Shown piece after piece: positions 59,401-64,000 of a DNA stretch of 64,000 nt. The notes beneath the pieces were generated by a model that was not told the DNA's origin, searched no databases, and saw nothing but the letters and a program-made list of their open reading frames with translations. Source of the DNA: Ylistrum balloti (lineage: Eukaryota); contig NW_026782116.1 of assembly GCF_031769215.1 (NCBI RefSeq), forward strand, positions 310,001-374,000, in the 5' to 3' direction. The position numbers and the translations under genes were made by a program. Positions within the stretch are counted from its first letter, which is position 1. Every line of letters begins with the position of its first letter.

Positions 59401-62083
59401 GAAACTGCTATCATAATTACTTTTATGTAGAAGTTGGTGTCATAAGTTAAAATGACTGGATCTTAACATAAAGGACATTTTTTCGAGGTCGGTCAATTAA
59501 TGAAAAGAATGTTGGCTCTCAATGTATTTGTCATCTTACTACCGATGAAGGGAAGGTGTGAACGACACACTATAGTATTGAACAAAGTATTGATACTATT
59601 GTATTGAAGTATTCAAATAATCGAGTCAAGTTTTCCAACGACCTCTGTGATTGGTCGGGGGCGGAGTTTAGACAACCTGAATAGTTGATCTGACACCCAA
59701 TTTGTTCCGGTAGGCGGAGTTATTGTACACTATCAGTTACATAACAATTACAAAGTAATCGCTGGAAAAATGTCCGACGACGGCAACAGTACGCAAAATT
59801 TTCTTCGACGAAATTATGTCCGATACGAACGATATGGGGAATCCTGTTTTTGTACAAGGCGATGTGGTTGTGATGGATAATTGTGGATTCCATCACCATA
59901 GACAGGGAGAGCGCATTTTAAGAAATATGACGAAAGAATATGGCGTGTCCCTGGTTTTTCAGCCGCCTTATTCCCCGGAATACAACGTAACTGAATATGT
60001 ATTCAATGTCATGAGACAGAGGCTTCGGGCAAATACCCGACTTGTGTCAGAATTTCTGGAACTTGCAGTAGTAAATGCTCTAGATATTCCGCCCAAGCAA
60101 CTTCAAAGTTTTTTCACATGTTGCGGATATGTATAATTTTCGATGGAAAGATAAAAAATAAAATAAAAAATATATGGGACCACAGAATTCCTTTACTTTT
60201 TAATGCAGTATGAATTATCGGTATATATCAGGAGGTCCCAGGTAAATCGTAATTCTTTGTTACATTAATAGAGCTTGGGCTTAAACCGAAATATTTTGAG
60301 CCAACCCTCCCCCCCCCCCCCCCCCTTTCAAAAAAATAAATAAATAAATAAAACTAGTACAGAATGACTATATGACTATATTCACTGTTAAGATGTTATG
60401 AATTCTCCGGTCCCAGTGATCTAACCTGTTGATATATATTTTGTACGTAAATTAGTTTAGTACGGAGTAACTTTCGTTTTCTCGTTGTACCGTCGATGGA
60501 AAAGCAAGGTATCATTGGGTGTAGAACGAAAAAAATGGGACAACCCAATTAGGTCTGATCTGAAGCCACCTGTGACTTGGACTCTTCCAATTAACCTCTC
60601 GCGACAGTCGAGTGTTTGTGAAATGCCGATGTCTGCACAGTATTTTTTCACCTGGCTCCACCCACAATCGATCTAGACTTGGCTCTGCCAATCAGAGAGC
60701 TTGTTGCATAAATTTAAGGAATTTGATTGGTGAAGTACTTCAGTACAATACTATCAATACTTTGTTCAGTACCTCAGTACTTGAAACGTTCACACCTTCC
60801 CTTCATCGGTAGTAACAGGCGATGAATGTAAATATTGTTAATTTTCTAAGTAAAGTCACTTAGATTGAGGTTGTTTTGAGATCAGATGCGAAAAAGGTGC
60901 CATGGGTCATTACTCTTTTTAACCAAGAACAATCAGGTTTTAAGTGGATTTCTGCAATGCAGATAAACACATGTACCTTCTAAACTAGTAAAATAATGGT
61001 GATGGTTCTTTTTCACGCCTGGGAAGAAAAGTCACAGAAGTGAGACTCATATTACTTTTCCTACAGTAACAACATCGCCATTAACATTTCATTTAAAAGG
61101 AAATAAAGAGGGTAGTAGAGCCAACACCGGGTATAATTCGGTAGGTGGTTGGTTGGATTCCTTACCCTCTTCGTCTGGATACCCGGAAGTATGCAGGGTG
61201 ATTGAAGGAAGAATGTACGCCCTTCATCTTCATTTAAAAGGTTTACATTTAGATCTGTTGCTCAAAAACTTTAACCAGACTTGGTATTTAGCAAGATCAG
61301 ATAATAGACACCTCGACACATCCATTACATATAAAAATACCTCCTGGATTTTATGGTCCAGCAGCTTTTATGCTCACTTTTTTTTAAGATACAAGTGTTA
61401 TTCCAATCAGGAATATACTTTGGGTTAAAAATGTCATATCTGAATGATTTTTTGAGAATAGGAGAATTTACATGATTTTCATTTCATGTTTTATAATGCA
61501 TCAATATTCAAATATGATAACATGAATATGACCATTAAATATTATCAATTAAAATTAACTTGGGGAAATTTGGTATTGGAGAAGGGAAGTCACAACTATA
61601 AATGTGTTATATATTTTGTATAAAAGTACCATACCAACTTGGCGGGATAAGCGAGTAATAATTACAGATGTTCCTTGTTTTATATTTGTCACTGTTTAAA
61701 AACAAAAAGGATGCCCCAAGCCCTTTTTTCAAAATGTATATTTCACTTCCATGAGTGACAAAATGAAGAAGGTATGATGGAGGCATTCACTTGTTAGTCT
61801 TATACCGAAGGCAACACATGTGTTTGGAATGTTTGATATTTGAAGAAAGGAACTCAGGATGCTGTGTTTTAATTTATCTAGGTTGAAATATCTAAATCAT
61901 GTTATTTTTACCCTTGTTTTGGTTGATAGAGAATGAAACAATGGTTATGTTTTTATGTTGTCTAGGTCGAAAGACAGAAATGATGTTGGTGTGTTGGATG
62001 GACAAGTAGGTCATTACAAGGATGGCATACAATTTATCAAGAAAAAAGACCTGAAGGGATTCAACAGAAAAAATAAACGATGA
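56487..62083 (+). CDS. C1orf131: C1orf131-like / DUF4602 protein (small-subunit processome factor), ~286 aa
   Basis: Exons 56487-56541, 57390-57772, 58355-58522, 58944-59030, 59287-59336, 61966-62083, phase-consistent. Lys-rich, with PEVVVFHKP, FDMKKARFEVQKVGIKGF..LVKLGAKLPKNKCYKYKEF and LDGQVGHYKDGIQFI, resembling recalled C1orf131 blocks. Confidence 0.8.
59539..60812 (+). mobile_element. Non-autonomous IS630/Tc1/mariner element (internal-deletion derivative, 1274 bp) in intron 5 of the C1orf131-like gene
   Basis: Perfect 26-bp TIRs CTACCGATGAAGGGAAGGTGTGAACG at 59539-59564 and 60787-60812, extending imperfectly to about 80 bp. TA dinucleotides flank both ends (59537-38, 60813-14). ORF 59816-60136 encodes the transposase C-terminus VVMDNCGFH...FQPPYSPEYNVTE. 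Confidence 0.92.
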
Positions 62084-62179
62084 AGGAGATAATCTGACTT
62101 TATTGTATTTTTCTAATTTAAGCAATTTTCATTAATAGATATCTTTTAATAAACATGATGAATGGTTTCAAATAAAAAA

Positions 62180-63010
62180 CAATATGACCGAGGGCTCACA
62201 TATATATCCCAACATACCATCAGTTTTTTCTTCTGATCTAAATGTTTTGAGGGGTTAATCTTTTAAAGGGTTCATGAGATATCTTTTACAAAAGCTGTTT
62301 ATTTCAAAAATGGTCAAGAGTGACCTTTGACCTTGAATGAAATTGACAGAGATTTCAAAAATCATCTTCTCAACCACCTGATGTGGTAGAATAAAATGAT
62401 CTGTTTGAATGGAATCATGAAAGGTAATTTATTTATCAAAATGGGTCTCATATTTTTTTCTGGGGAGGAAGTGTTCTTAACATTTACTATAATATTACAT
62501 TACATATTACATTGGTTATTTCCCACTGGAAGTAACTTTTTAAGAATTATTTGCACAGGATGACAGTTTTGGTGGTATGCATGTATTGACACCAGCTTAC
62601 TTCATTCAGTGTCACAATTTCTGTTTCATGATACTTGATAACTACCCTTTGACCTTTATATTCAGTATTGCTTGTCTCAATAGTGACTGTCAAGGCTGCT
62701 AGGCCTCTTGTTTTTAAAAGTGGTCAAGGGTGATATTTGACCTTTAACCTTGACTGGACTGATGACCATTAAGATCTTATAAGGTGTAGACCTTGGTGGG
62801 GTAAAGCACTGGTGTGGATATGAAGTAAAAGGTGGCTAAGGATGACCATACACTTTAACCTGAGCCTAGTAGTAAAATCTCATCAGGTGTAGACCTTGGT
62901 TAGGTAAAGCTATGGCATAAGTAGGATCTAAATCTGACCATGAGTTCATGAGATATTTTGTACACTACACAAGTTTATAATGGGGCACAGACAAAGTGAT
63001 CAATATACCA
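62180..63010. mobile_element. Degenerate non-autonomous repeat element (tgacctttgacct family)
   Basis: Repeated aaaatggtcaag..gtgacctttgaccttga and ggtgtagaccttgg blocks. It ends cacagacaaagtgatcaata, a common end motif of bivalve interspersed repeats (from recall). Confidence 0.5.
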
Positions 63011-64000
63011 ATATATTATTTCACCAGTTTCCAGTCGTTTCCTTGCTAACAGTATTCCTAATAATGCTGCCCTTTATCTTTTGTGTACCATACTTCATCT
63101 CTTGCTTTATCCTTCACCAATGGCATCAAATCATTGTTTATAGTGCAAGTCGCCTCTGGCTCCTCCACATTTCGGTGGACAGATGTCTGGTGTGTTGCCT
63201 CCATACCAAATATCTACTTGTCAGTGTGTCTTAAGGTTGGTGTAGGAGTTGGAGGAAACACGTGCATCATGCTACCCAGGTATTGATGATATAATCTGGG
63301 CTTCTTCCCAATAAGATGATTTTCGTGCAAGATGACCGACATACTCAAAACACACTGGGTTCCACGAGACCCAGGTTGTTAGGAATTATAGGGAAGTTTA
63401 AAGGTTGTCATAGCGATTTCATTGAAAAAAAAATCATTTCTTTGTGCAATATGAAGCTAACGTGCTTATTGCTCCTTAGTTTGCCTGTTCGTTCTGCTGT
63501 TACGTACATTTGAAAACGTGTCGTCAAGGAAGCAGAAGATGCTTACTCATCTGGAACACCCTGTCTTCATCTTATTCATTTCTTATGAGTATCCTTACAA
63601 ATCTTTCTTTTGTTCATAATTTGCCTTAGTTATATTGAATTTGAGTTTGGATTATGGTAGTTCACATGTTGGTATTTTGATGTTTTTCTGTTCCATTTGC
63701 TTTGATTTTCTCAACTTTCACTTCTACCCTAGCTAATAGCAGCCCGTCTTTTTTTCTTTTTCTTTTTCCATTTTTTTCTGTTTCAAATTGTCCCACTTTG
63801 TATGTCTGAATATTGACTGTTCTACAATAAAACCTCATTAAATAAAGCTCTTTAGAACTGTCTTGGAACATTATTCCAAGTGTTAGTTTCTTATTAGCTT
63901 TGGTAAGAAATCAAAGCCAATCCATGCACATAATTCATATTTGTGCTTTGGAAGGAAGATGATTGATGGGTTCTACAAATGGATGCTATATGTTATATTA

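Overview
AT-rich, intron-containing animal genomic DNA, not prokaryotic. The interspersed satellite-like repeats point to a bivalve mollusc, possibly a scallop (inference). I reconstructed six spliced genes by hand, all with GT-AG introns and consistent reading phase: RPL7A (-, 5' part only), MED22 (+), STKLD1/SgK071-like kinase-ARM protein (-, 19 coding exons), ATAT1 (-), GNL1 (+, 13 exons) and a C1orf131/DUF4602-like gene (+). There is also a candidate 75-aa single-exon membrane microprotein. The window holds a TIR- and TA-bounded IS630/Tc1/mariner deletion derivative, several Helentron/MITE-like ~150-bp arrays and several minisatellites. The main signal is gene order. A Surfeit-type RPL7A-MED22 head-to-head pair plus STKLD1 (human 9q34, an MHC paralogon) lies next to a head-to-head ATAT1-GNL1 pair (both human MHC class I region, 6p21.3), suggesting a retained proto-MHC/Surfeit microsynteny block. 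Family assignments come from recalled motifs; no database search was run.
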